A DNA stretch of 64,000 nt from Antedon mediterranea. Taxonomy: Eukaryota > Animalia > Echinodermata. The first letter of the stretch is position 1, and the number at the start of each line of letters is the position of its first letter. The position numbers and the translations under genes are program-made. Positions 1 through 10,007 of this stretch are shown here, in pieces. Where the stretch lies: assembly GCF_964355755.1 (NCBI RefSeq), contig NC_092672.1, positions 16,554,001 through 16,618,000 of the forward strand, in the 5' to 3' direction. A model generated the notes under the pieces. That model did not search any database. It was given only the letters and a program-made list of their open reading frames with translations, and was not told where the DNA came from.

Positions 1-3000
1 ATAGATCAGCGAGAGAGAGATAGATCAGCGAGAGAGAGGTAGATCAGCGAGAGAGAGAGAGATAGATCAGCGAGAGAGAGATAGATCAGCGAGAGAGAGA
101 TAGATCAGCGAGAGAGAGAGATAGATTAGCGACAGAGAGATAGATCAGCGAGAGATAGATCAGCGAGAGAGAGATAGATTAGCGACAGAGAGATAGATCA
201 GCGAGAGATAGATCAGCGAGAGAGAGATAGATCAGCGAGAGAGAGAGAGATAGATAGATCAGCGAGAGAGAGAGATAGATCAGCGAGAGAGAGATAGATA
301 GATCAGCGAGAGAGAGATAGATCAGCGAGAGAGAGATAGAAAGATGAGTGAGAGAGAGATAGATCAGCGAGAGAGAGAGATAGATAGATCAGCGAGAGAG
401 AGATAGATCAGCGACAGAGAGACAGATCAGCGAGATAGATAGATCAGCGAGCGAGAGATAGATCAGCGAAAGAGAGATAGATCAGCGAGAGAGAGATAGA
501 TCAGCGAGAGAGATAGATCAGCGAGAGAGAGATAGATCAGCGAGAGAGAGATAGATCAGCGAGAGAGAGAGATAGATCAGCGAGAGAGAGATAGATCAGC
601 GAGAGAGAGATAGATCAGCGAGAGAGAGATAGATCAGCGAGAGAGAGATAGATCAGTGAGAGAGAGATAGATCAGCGAGAGAGAGAGATAGATCAGCGAG
701 AAAGAGATAGATAGATCAGCGAGAGAGAGATAGATAGATCAACGAGAGAGATAGATAGATCAGCGAGAGGGAGAGAGAGGTAGATCAGGGAGAGAGAGAT
801 AGATCAGCGAGAGAGAGATAGATCAGCGAGAGAGAGATAGATCAGCGAGAGAGAGATAGATCAGCGAGAGAGAGATAGATCAGCGAGAGAGAGATAGATC
901 AGCGAGAGAGAGATAGATCAGCGAGAGAGAGATAGATAAGCGAGAGAGAGATAGATCAGCGAGAGAGAGATAGATCAGCGAGAGAGAGATAGATCAGAGA
1001 GAGAGAGATAGATCAGCGAGAGAGAGATAGATCAGCGAGAGAGAGATAGATCAATGAGAGAGAGAGAGAGATAGATCAGCGAGAGAGAGATAGATCAGCG
1101 AGAGAGAGATAGATCAGCGAGAGAGAGAGATAGATCAGCGAGAGAGAGATAGATCAGCGAGAGAGATAGATCAGCGAGAGAGAGATAGATCAGCGAGAGA
1201 GAGATAGATCAGCGAGAGAGAGATAGATCAGCGAGAGAGAGATAGATAGATCAGCGAGAGAGAGAAAGATAGATCAGCGAGATAGAGAGAGAGATAGATC
1301 AGCGAGAGAGAGATAGATAGCTAGATCAGCGAGAGAGAGATAGGTAGATCAGCGAGAGAGAGAGATAGATAGATCAGCGAGAGAGAGAGATAGATAGATC
1401 AGTGAGAGAGAGAGATAGATAGATCAGTGAGAGAGAGATGGATAGATCAGCGAGAGAGAGATAGATAGACCAGCGAGAGAAAGAGAGAGAGATAGATCAG
1501 CAAGAGAGAGATAGGTAGATCAGCGAGAGAGAGAAAGAGATAGATCAGCGAGAGAGAGAGAGATAGATCAGCGAGAGAGAGAGAGAGATAGATCAGCGAG
1601 AGAGAGAGATAGATCAGCTAGAGAGAGATAAATAGATCAGCGAGAGAGAGAGGGAGATAGATCAGCAAGAGAGAGATAGATAGATCAGCGAGAGAGAGAT
1701 AGATCAGCCAGTGAGAGAGATAGATAGATCAGCGAGAGAGAGAGAGAGATAGATCAGCCAGAGAGAGATAGATAGATCAGCGAGAGAGAACAAGAGAGAT
1801 AGATCAGCCAGAGAGAGATAGATAGATCAGCGAGAGAGAGATAGATAGATCAGCGAGAGAGAGAGATAGATCAGCGAGAGAGAGATAGATAGATCAGCGA
1901 GAGAGACAGCGATAGATCAGCGAGAGAGAGAGATAGAGAGATCAGCGAGAGAGACAGAGATAGATCAGCGAGAGAGAGAGAGATAGATCAGCGAAAGAGA
2001 GATAGATATATCAGCGAGAGAGAGATAGATCAGCGAGAGAGAGATAGATAAGCGAGAGAGAGAGATAGATCAGCGAGAGAGAGATAGATCAGCGAGAGAG
2101 AGATAGATCAGAGAGAGAGATAGATCAGCGAGAGAGAGATAGATCAGCGAGAGAGAGATAGATCAATGAGAGAGAGAGAGAGAGATAGATCAGCGAGAGA
2201 GAGATAGATCAGCGAGAGAGAGATAGATCAGCGAGAGAGAGAGATAGATCAGCGAGAGAGAGATAGATCAGCGAGAGAGATAGATCAGCGAGAGAGAGAT
2301 AGATCAGCGAGAGAGAGATAGATCAGCGAGAGAGAGATAGATCAGTGAGAGAGAGATAGATAGATCAGCGAGAGAGAGAAAGATAGATCAGCGAGATAGA
2401 GAGAGAGATAGATCAGCGAGAGAGAGATAGATAGCTAGATCAGCGAGAGAGAGATAGGTAGATCAGCGAGAGAGAGAGAGATAGATAGATCGGCGAGAGA
2501 GAGATAGATAGATCAGTGAGAGAGAGAGATAGATAGATCAGTGAGAGAGAGATGGATAGATCAGCGAGAGAGAGATAGATAGACCAGCGAGAGAAAGAGA
2601 GAGAGATAGATCAGCAAGAGAGAGATAGGTAGATCAGCGAGAGAGAGAAAGAGATAGATCAGCGAGAGAGAGAGAGATAGATCAGCGAGAGAGAGAGAGA
2701 GAGATAGATCAGCGAGAGAGAGAGATAGATCAGCGAGAGAGAGATAAATAGAACAGCGAGAGAGAGAGGGAGATAGATCAGCGAGAGAGAGATAGATAGA
2801 TCAGCGAGAGAGAGAGATAGATCAGCCAGTGAGAGAGATAGATAGATCAGCGAGAGAGAGAGAGATAGATCAGCCAGAGAGAGATAGATAGATCAGCGAG
2901 AGAGAACAAGAGAGATAGATCAGCCAGAGAGAGATAGATAGATCAGCGAGAGAGAGATAGATAGATCAGCGAGAGAGAGAGATAGATCAGCGAGAGAGAC

Positions 3001-5570
3001 AGAGATAGATCAGCGAGAGAGAGAGATAGATCAGCGAAAGAGAGATAGATATATCAGCGAGAGAGACAGTGATAGATCAGCAAGAGAGAGAGATAGATAG
3101 ATCAGCGAGAGAGACAGAGATAGATCAGCGAGAGAGAGATAGATCAGCGAGAGAGACAGAGATAGATCAGCGAGAGAGAGAGATAGATCAGCGAGAGAGA
3201 GAGATAGATCAGCGAGAGAGAGATAGATCAGCGACAGAGAGATAGATCAGCGACAGAAAGATAGATCAGCGAGAGAGAGATAGATCAGCGAGAGAGAGAG
3301 ATAGATCAGCGGGGGAGAGAGAGATAGATCAGCGAGAGCGAGAGATTGATCAGCGAGAGAGAGAGATCAGCGAGAGAGAGATAGATCAGCGAGAGAGAGA
3401 TAGATCAGCGAGAGAGAGAGATAGATCAGCGAGAGAGAGATAGATCAGCGGGGGAGAGATAGATCAGCGAGAGAGAGATAGATCAGCGAGAGAGAGATAG
3501 ATCAGCGAGAGAGAGATAGATCACCGAGAGAGATAGATCACCGAGAGAGAGAGAGATAGATCAGCGAGAGAGAGAGATAGATCAGCGAGAGAGAGATTGA
3601 TCTGCGAGAGAGAGAGATAGATCAGCGAGAGAGATAGATCAGCGAGAGAGAGATAGATCACCGAGAGAGATAGATCAGCGAGAGAGAAATAGATCAGCGA
3701 GAGAGAGATAGATCAGCGAGAGAGAGATAGATCTGCGAGAGAGAGATAGATCAGCGAGAGAGATAGATCAGCGAGAGAGAGAGATAGATCAGCGAGAGAG
3801 AGAGATAGATCAACGAGATAGATAGATCAGCGAGAGAGAGATAGATCAGCGGGAGAAAAAGATAGATCAGCGAGAGAGAGATAGATCAGCGAGAGAGATA
3901 GATCAGCGAGAGGGAGAGAGAGATAGATCAGGGAGAGAGAGATAGATCATCGAGAGAGATAGATCAGCGAGAGAGAGAGATAGATCAGCGAGAGAGAGAG
4001 ATAGATCAACGAGATAGATAGATCAGCGAGAGAGAGATAGATCAGCGGGAGAAAAAGATAGATCAGCGAGAGAGAGATAGATCAGCGAGAGAGATAGATC
4101 AGCGAGAGGGAGAGAGAGATAGATCAGGGAGAGAGAGATAGATCATCGAGATAGAGATAGATCAGCGAGAGAGAGATAGATCAGCGAGAAAGATATAGAT
4201 CGATGAGAGAGAGATAGATCAGCGAGAGAGAGATAGATCAGCCAGAGAGAGATAGATAGATCAGCGAGAGAGAGAGAGAGATCAGCGAGAGAGAGATAGA
4301 TCAACGAGAGAGAGATAGATCAGCGAGAGAGAGATAGATCAGCGAGAGAGAGAGATAGATCAGCGAGAGAGAGAGATAGATCAGCGAGAGAGAGATAGAT
4401 CAGCAAGAGAGAGACAGATCAGCGAGAGAGAGATAGATCAGCGAGAGAGAGATAGATCAGCGAGAGAGAGATAGATCAGCGAGAGAGAGATTGATCAGCG
4501 AGAGAGAGATAGATCAGCGAGAGAGAGATTGATCAGCGAGAGAGAGATAGATCAGCGAGAGAGATAGATCAGCGCAAGAGAGATAGATCAGCGAGAGAGA
4601 GATAGATCAGCGAGAGAGAGATAGATCAGCGAGAGAGAGAAAGATCAGCGAGAGAGAGATAGATCAGTGAGAGGAGAGATAAATCAGCGAGAGAGAGATA
4701 GATCAGCGAGAGAGAGATAGATCAGCGAGAGAGATAGAGATAGATAGATCAGCGACAGAGAGATAGATAGATCAGCGAGAGAGAGAGATAGATAGATCAG
4801 CGAGAGAGAGATAGATAGATCAGCGAGAGAGAGATAGATAGATCAGCGAGAGAGAGATAGATAGATCAGCGAGAGAGAGATAGATCAGCGAGAGAGATAG
4901 ATCAGCGAGAGAGAGATAGATCAGCGAGAGAGAGATAGATCAGCGAGAGGAGAGATAAATCAGCGAGAGAGAGATAGATCAGCGAGAGAAATAGAGATAG
5001 ATAGATCAGCGACAGAGAGATAGATAGATCAGCGAGAGAGAGAGAGATAGATAGATCAGCAAGAGAGAGATAGATAGATCAGCGAGAGAGAGATAGATAG
5101 ATCAGCGAGAGAGAGAGATAGATAGATCAGCAAGAGAGAGATAGATAGATCAGCGAGAGAGAGATAGATAGATCAGCGAGAGAGATAGATAGATCAGCGA
5201 GAGAGAGAGAGAGATAGATTGATCAGCGAGATAGAGATAGATAGATCAGTGAGAGAGAGAGATAGATAGATAGATCAGCGAGAGAGAGATAGATAGATCA
5301 GCGAGAAAGAGATAGATAGATAGATCAGCGAGAGAGAGATAGATAGATCAGTGAGAGAGAGATAGATCAGCGAGAGAGATAGATCAGCGGGAGAGAGATA
5401 GATCAGCGAGAGAGAGATAGATCAGCGAGAGAGAGATAGATCCGCGAGAGAGAGAGATAGATCAGCGAGAGAGAGATAGATCAGCAAGAGAGAGACAGAT
5501 CAGCGAGAGAGATAGATCAGCGAGGGAGAGATAGATCAGCGAGAGAGAGATAGATCAGTGAGAGAGAGAT
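1..5570 (+). repeat. Compound GA/GATA satellite array, left arm; monomer (GATA)1-3 GATCAGC (GA)n, modal 19 bp
   Basis: Continuous head-to-tail repeats of ATAGATCAGCGAGAGAGAG (19-bp period from position 1) with variable GA and GATA copy number. The array continues beyond the window start. Confidence 0.99.
930..3060 (+). repeat. ~1.11-kb tandem higher-order duplication inside the left arm (boundaries approximate)
   Basis: Rare variants recur in the same order about 1112-1114 bp apart: TCAATGAG 1051/2163, ATAGCTAGATC 1317/2431, GATGGATAG 1437/2551, GAGAACAAG ~1786/~2902. Confidence 0.85.
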
Positions 5571-5587
5571 TGATTGATTGATTGATT
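5568..5587 (-). repeat. LINE 3' microsatellite tail (AATC)5
   Basis: The plus strand has GATT x5 at 5568-5587, next to the AATAAA. The first GAT (5568-5570) is shared with the satellite monomer. Confidence 0.9.
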
Positions 5588-5589
5588 CT

Positions 5590-5595
5590 TTTATT
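5590..5595 (-). promoter_or_regulatory. Polyadenylation-signal-like AATAAA just upstream of the LINE tail
   Basis: Plus-strand TTTATT at 5590-5595, 2 nt from the tail. The region is AT-rich, so position is the main support. Confidence 0.55.
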
Positions 5596-5654
5596 TTTCA
5601 CACAACATTCATAAAAATATAAATAAAAAATTAAGTACAATAAAGTGTGAAAAA
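5594..5654 (-). other. 3' UTR inverted repeat (10-bp perfect stem, AT-rich loop)
   Basis: TTTTTCACAC (5594-5603) and GTGTGAAAAA (5645-5654) are exact reverse complements. Confidence 0.6.
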
Positions 5655-5657
5655 CAG

Positions 5658-5696
5658 GGTAACCACAAGCAAGCAAAGCTTTTAATCTGTGGCACC
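5658..5696 (-). other. 3' UTR stem-loop, candidate RT-recognition element
   Basis: Minus-strand RNA GGU-GCCACA...UGUGGU-U-ACC can pair with one G-U and one bulge, and encloses AAGC-UUU-GCUU (plus 5671-5681). It is a GC-richer island in an AT-rich UTR. L2/CR1-group LINEs are known to use 3' stem-loops for template recognition. Confidence 0.65.
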
Positions 5697-5785
5697 TTAA
5701 CTTAAAATATAAATTTACAAATATATTACAAAAAATGTTTTCATGTAGTAAATAAATGAACGAAAATACAACGTACTATAATATA

Positions 5786-5802
5786 ATATATATATATATA
5801 TA
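5786..5802. repeat. Short (TA)n microsatellite in the LINE 3' UTR
   Basis: ATATATATATATATATA seen directly. Confidence 0.8.
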
Positions 5803-5839
5803 CTTCACAGTCTCAGAATATATACGAAAATGTAATTAA

Positions 5840-6417
5840 TTAAGTTAATGTTAGACATATTTTACAAATGTTGTTTTCGCAAAGATATGTTGTTTCTTTA
5901 TAACTATTAATGCATTTATTTAGTAATAGTTTTTTAAATATTGATATATTTTCACTCTCTCTTATATTTCTTATAAGTTGATTCCATAGCTTAGGTCCTC
6001 TATATGCTATACTTTGCTGACCCATATTAGTTGATTTTAATTTTATACAATAATTGTCTTTATTTCGAGTGTTATATGTATGATAATTATCAAATAAACT
6101 GAATAAAGAATTAAACATTTTGGAAGTTGTCCTTTTTGGTATTTAAACATAAAATTTAAAACACTGTTTTTATACAAATCAAATATATTAAATGTGCCCG
6201 TTTTCACAAAGAGCTGAGAAGAGGGATGATGAAAGTCTACCTTACAAATAATCCTAAGAACTCTTTTCTGAAGCAAAAGAAGGCGATCCAAATTGTCTTT
6301 GTTTCTCGCACCCCATACAATAATACCATATGTCAACACTGGTAATATAAGTGTCTTGTATATGGTAAGTAACACTTGAGTAGATACTAAGTTTTTTATA
6401 TGACACATGGCACCAAT
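5840..6417 (-). pseudogene. ORF2 C-terminal fragments (IGAMCHIK...YGIIVWG...LQKRVLRII...LPK / MFNSLF...HTYNTR...LWNQL...CENNICKIC)
   Basis: ORFs 6043..6444 and 5840..6118 join by a 1-nt frameshift at 6118-6121. The motifs are typical of the post-RT region of CR1/L2-group ORF2. Confidence 0.9.
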
Positions 6418-6438
6418 AGACACGTTTCGCGCTCGCGA
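6418..6438 (+). repeat. Left TIR of the nested DNA transposon
   Basis: Exact reverse complement of 7192-7212. The symmetry extends to 24 bp (6415-6438 / 7192-7215) because the flanks are AAT and ATT. Confidence 0.95.
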
Positions 6439-6460
6439 GGTCACCGTCAGTTTGACCTTT

Positions 6461-6484
6461 TAGTGGGTATACAATGGTAAACAA
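6461..6484 (+). repeat. Left sub-terminal inverted repeat (partner at 7157-7180)
   Basis: TAGTGGGTATACAATGGTAAACAA versus the reverse complement of 7157-7180, TAGTGGGTATAGATTTGTAAACAA: 21/24 identical. Confidence 0.85.
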
Positions 6485-6875
6485 ACACAGCGAGAGGTAT
6501 GTTAAAGCATGGGAGAACTGAGAGATGATCATCTTAATAAGCAATCGTCAAAACTAGCCTTTGATGGAATGGCATGGTAAGGATGTTATTTATTTTCTAA
6601 ACTTATGTTTTATATTCACTGTAGAATTATTTGGGCATTTGGTTCGGAGTCATCGACTTTATTTATGTATTGTCATTTTTGGTTTGACACATATATATAT
6701 TTAACGGTGCATTTAATACATGTTAACTGTTGATTATATTTACAAATGTTGCGTAAATATATTAGCCTAATTATTATCTTTCATTCTTCTTCATTGCATC
6801 TTCTATGTATTGTGATGTTCTTCGGCGCTTAAACAGACACCCAAGCCTCCTAGGCCTAGTAGACGTAGTAGCGCA

Positions 6876-7115
6876 TCAGGCAACGCCACCAGGCGGGCGG
6901 AGAGACACGAGCACATCGTGGACGTACCTTTCCTTGAAAAATTTCCAAGATTTTGCGCCACTATCCTTCGGAGCCGACGCAAACCACTCAGCAAGTGTTT
7001 GAAAATTAAAAACAGGAATATTATTCAGTGATTTTGTGTAGTTAAATTCACGATTTATCCAACATATACAACATTTATGATGCACCTTGCAACAAAAGCA
7101 CTCGGCAGTCGCCAT
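6876..7115 (-). pseudogene. Truncated transposon accessory-gene remnant, resembling the N-terminus of SWIM/YqaJ-exonuclease proteins of ISL2EU-type elements
   Basis: ATG at 7115 (MATAECFCC...) lies ~100 bp inside the right TIR, with a CCAAT upstream. YTKSLNNIPVFNF...AKSWKFFKERYVHDV resembles, from memory, the 'YTxSLxxLPxF...KGxKFFxExYVHD' N-terminal pattern of those proteins. No database check was made. Confidence 0.5.
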
Positions 7116-7156
7116 TTCGCTATGCTTCAACACGCACTAGGCGAGAGGTGTTCGGG

Positions 7157-7180
7157 TTGTTTACAAATCTATACCCACTA
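7157..7180 (-). repeat. Right sub-terminal inverted repeat (partner at 6461-6484)
   Basis: TTGTTTACAAATCTATACCCACTA; 21/24 inverted match to 6461-6484. Confidence 0.85.
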
Positions 7181-7191
7181 TTTCTGATTGG

Positions 7192-7212
7192 TCGCGAGCG
7201 CGAAACGTGTCT
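7192..7212 (-). repeat. Right TIR of the nested DNA transposon
   Basis: Exact reverse complement of 6418-6438. Confidence 0.95.
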
Positions 7213-7790
7213 ATTATTGAGGATGCTTTACAAGAAACTGCATTTGTATGGTGTCTAAAGTTCAGTTTCTCATCAATGATGACACCGAGAAATTTAGTAT
7301 ATGGTACTCTATCTATTGAAACTCTATTTATTGAAAGTACAAATTGGGATGTGTCAATGTTGGTATTCTTTCCACTAAATAACATATACGTAGTCTTGGT
7401 TGTATTAATATTTAATCTATTAGTTTTACACCATTTCTCAATTTTATTTAGTTCATTTGTCATTATTGTAAAGGCAGTGACGATATCATTGTGTTGTAAA
7501 AACATATTCGTATCATCTGCAAACATTATTAAATCAACGACATTACTTACAGAAAACATGTCATTTATGAATATCAAAAACAGCAGGGGTCCAAGGATTG
7601 ACCCTTGTGGAACGCCTTGTTTTATTATTTTGGTTACAGACTGACACTTCCCAATTTGTACGAATTGTTGTCTTTCTCTAAGGTAGCTACGGTACCAATC
7701 AAGAACCACGCCTCTTATTCCATAATGGGGCAATTTTGTGAGCAATAATTCATGATTTATCGAATCGAACGCCTTGGATAAATCCAAAAA
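7213..7790 (-). pseudogene. ORF2 RT core fragment (LDLSKAFD...FADD...KASSII)
   Basis: Part of ORF 7161..7799. After KASSII the translation runs into the DNA transposon TIR (DTFRARD...). Confidence 0.92.
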
Positions 7791-9672
7791 ATACGCCAAT
7801 CATAAATTGCTTGTTGTCAACGGCTGTTGTTATTTTATCAAAGACTTGTAGGAGGGCGTGGTTAGTTGAATGACCTGCCCTGAATCCATATTGAGATTCA
7901 TGTAACATTTCATATTTACACAAAAAAGCGATTGTTTGGTCATATACGACCCTTTCAAATACCTTAGATATACATGGTAATATCGATATCGGTCTATAAT
8001 TTTCTATGTTCTCCCTTGCTCCTTTTTTATACACAGGAATTGTTTTAGCAATTTTTAGTTGACAAGGAATTACACCCGATTGAAGGGATACATTGATTAT
8101 ATGAGATAACGGTTTAGCCAGTATATCCGAGTTATTTTTTATATAAAAGGTACCAATGTCATCACAACCACTTGACTTATTTACATTTAAGTCATTAATG
8201 TATTTAATGATATCGGACTCGGATACAGCTCTAAAAAACATTGAATTCAAAATGTCATGTTGTATTATATATTCGGTGTTACTATTACGGTTATCATCAC
8301 CTGTCATTTGGTCACCTATATTTATAAAGTATGTGTTAAACGCATTGGCTATGGATGTTGGGTCATTAAGTTGATGGGAGTTGATTTTCATTTTTTGAGG
8401 CATGTCTTGATGTTTCTTCCTACCTAATAATGAGTTTATGACACCCCATGTTTTCTTTATATTACTCTTGTGCTTTTCAAATTCATTTTTGTAATAAGTA
8501 GTTTTTCTTTCTCTTATTATTGATGTTAACTTATTTTTGTATTTCTTATATTTAGATTTATTTATATCTGTTGGTTTCTGTTTATATTTGATGTATAATT
8601 TATTTTTGGTACAAAGAGATTTTTGAATTCCATATGTTATCCACGGGGATTTAATTGTATCTACTTTTAACCTAACTCTTTTTAGTGGGAAATGCTTATC
8701 TATCATTGTTTTTAAAGAATCTGAGAAACGTTTATATGATTCATTTGCATTTTCAATGTTAGTTACATATTGCCAATCATAGCCCTGTAATTCAAGTCTA
8801 AATTGCCGTTTTTGTTGATCAGTATAGCTTCTTTTTATTATAAATTTTTCTGATCGTGGTAATGAATAATTTTCTGAATCATCCATGCAGAAAACTGCAA
8901 AGTGGTCAGATATGTCGTTAACTAATATCCCTGTGTTAATATTTTGGAATTCCTGATAATTTGTATAAATATTGTCAATTACTGTTGCGGTATCTTTTGT
9001 GATTCGAGTGGGTTTATTGACTAGTGGAATGAAAGATTCTGTTAGCATGTTGTCTACGTGAGTTTGAACATTATTGTCACAGTTATATTTTTGTAGATCT
9101 AGGTTAAAGTCACCCATTAGGTATGCCTTTTTATTTTCATTGTTTATCATGTGCATTAATTCACTAAGTTGATTATTAAATGTTGGAATATGGGCTTTAG
9201 GAGGCCTGTAGATTATTCCACATATAATTGATTTATCATTATTTTTTAATTCAATTATAATGCACTCTCCCTCGTTTATCATAGCAGACAAGTCATTTCT
9301 TATTTGATATGATATATTTGAGTGTATGTACAATGCTACACATCCCCCTGTCTGGGTTTCTCTGTTTTTAAAGATAGGTGTATAGTTTGGAAGTGTATAT
9401 AAACCAAGGTGATGTTTGCTTGAAAGCCAAGTTTCAGTAAGTCCTATTACATTAAATTCAAAATCGAGAGAGGATACATAATTTTTAAATTCTTCAAATT
9501 TGTTAACAATACTTCTACAATTTAATGCAAACATAGAAAAATTATTAGTTGACGTTTGACTGAACGTGGATTTAAATGTATCAATACTAAAGTAATAGTT
9601 TTCCTTATAGTTAAATGCGGTTGTATTTTCGTCTTCGTAATTAAAATTATCAATATTTAGAATTGAAAACAT
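7750..9672 (-). CDS. ORF2 N-terminal open segment: APE endonuclease, linker and start of RT (640 aa as called; true frame lost at ~7790)
   Basis: All canonical APE motifs are present. The protein reads ...FMIGVF then goes out of frame where FLDLSKAFD should follow. Confidence 0.9.
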   Translation of the reverse strand: MFSILNIDNFNYEDENTTAFNYKENYYFSIDTFKSTFSQTSTNNFSMFALNCRSIVNKFEEFKNYVSSLDFEFNVIGLTETWLSSKHHLGLYTLPNYTPIFKNRETQTGGCVALYIHSNISYQIRNDLSAMINEGECIIIELKNNDKSIICGIIYRPPKAHIPTFNNQLSELMHMINNENKKAYLMGDFNLDLQKYNCDNNVQTHVDNMLTESFIPLVNKPTRITKDTATVIDNIYTNYQEFQNINTGILVNDISDHFAVFCMDDSENYSLPRSEKFIIKRSYTDQQKRQFRLELQGYDWQYVTNIENANESYKRFSDSLKTMIDKHFPLKRVRLKVDTIKSPWITYGIQKSLCTKNKLYIKYKQKPTDINKSKYKKYKNKLTSIIRERKTTYYKNEFEKHKSNIKKTWGVINSLLGRKKHQDMPQKMKINSHQLNDPTSIANAFNTYFINIGDQMTGDDNRNSNTEYIIQHDILNSMFFRAVSESDIIKYINDLNVNKSSGCDDIGTFYIKNNSDILAKPLSHIINVSLQSGVIPCQLKIAKTIPVYKKGARENIENYRPISILPCISKVFERVVYDQTIAFLCKYEMLHESQYGFRAGHSTNHALLQVFDKITTAVDNKQFMIGVFFGFIQGVRFDKS

Positions 9673-10007
9673 ATAATTTCGTTAATATAAATAAATATCA
9701 GTTAATTATAGGGCCTAATGACAAAAGAAATATTTTATAATAAATATAACCTTATTTGCTATATCTGTACATTAGCTACCCGTCATAAAGTATTTTATTT
9801 TACCGTGACCCCTTATTAATGAATGTAGTAATATAAAATATACAGTTTTATAAACAACCCCAACTTATATGAATGCACTGTATGCAACAGTTCACAGCAA
9901 TGTGGGGCTGTGTATAATAACATGACATGGATAGTATTTTGTCCAAATTACATAAATACCATCTCATGTTAAATAAGTGTGTTTCTTACTAACAGAGTGT
10001 GGTCTGG

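Larger units (their letters stand above)
6418..7212. mobile_element. Non-autonomous TIR DNA transposon (795 bp), probable ISL2EU (PIF/Harbinger-related) deletion derivative, nested in LINE ORF2
   Basis: Perfect 21-bp TIRs AGACACGTTTCGCGCTCGCGA (6418-6438) and TCGCGAGCGCGAAACGTGTCT (7192-7212), flanked by AT at 6416-6417 and 7213-7214. Removing the element plus one AT restores ORF2 in frame (KASSIIGAMCHIK). The element itself is certain; the superfamily is inferred. Confidence 0.9.
5840..9672 (-). pseudogene. LINE ORF2 (APE endonuclease + reverse transcriptase), disrupted; reconstructs to about 1011 aa
   Basis: APE motifs: LNCRS, LTETW, IYRPP, MGDFNLD, PTRIT..IDNIY, SDHFAVF. RT motifs: [45 protein letters not shown] (7523-7512), KFLGVIID. 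C-terminal HTYNTR and GPKLWNQL. There are three lesions: +1 in the run at 7786-7791, a 797-bp insertion, and -1 in the run at 6118-6121. 3833-797 = 3036 nt = 1012 codons including the stop. Confidence 0.95.

Noticed and set aside
6254-6544. 96-aa minus-strand ORF
   Set aside because: It is chimeric across the transposon/LINE junction and out of frame with ORF2.
6803-7002. Two overlapping ~64-aa ORFs on opposite strands inside the DNA transposon
   Set aside because: They are short alternative frames in a GC-richer patch with no recognisable motif. Only the 6876-7115 frame has protein-like features.
6418-7212. Intron in ORF2
   Set aside because: The ends are long inverted repeats, not GT...AG on the minus strand.
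6417-7213. Tc1/mariner-type MITE with a TA target duplication
   Set aside because: Excision with a TA TSD leaves 2 extra nt and does not restore the ORF2 frame.
7207-7644. 145-aa plus-strand ORF
   Set aside because: It is the antisense shadow of the RT domain, with a GTG start inside the TIR and no recognisable motif.
7780-7800. Programmed ribosomal frameshift at the T6 run
   Set aside because: It falls inside a conserved RT motif, where LINEs are not known to frameshift. A single-base insertion or sequencing error is simpler.
8156-8374. 72-aa plus-strand ORF
   Set aside because: It is antisense to ORF2, short and has no motif.
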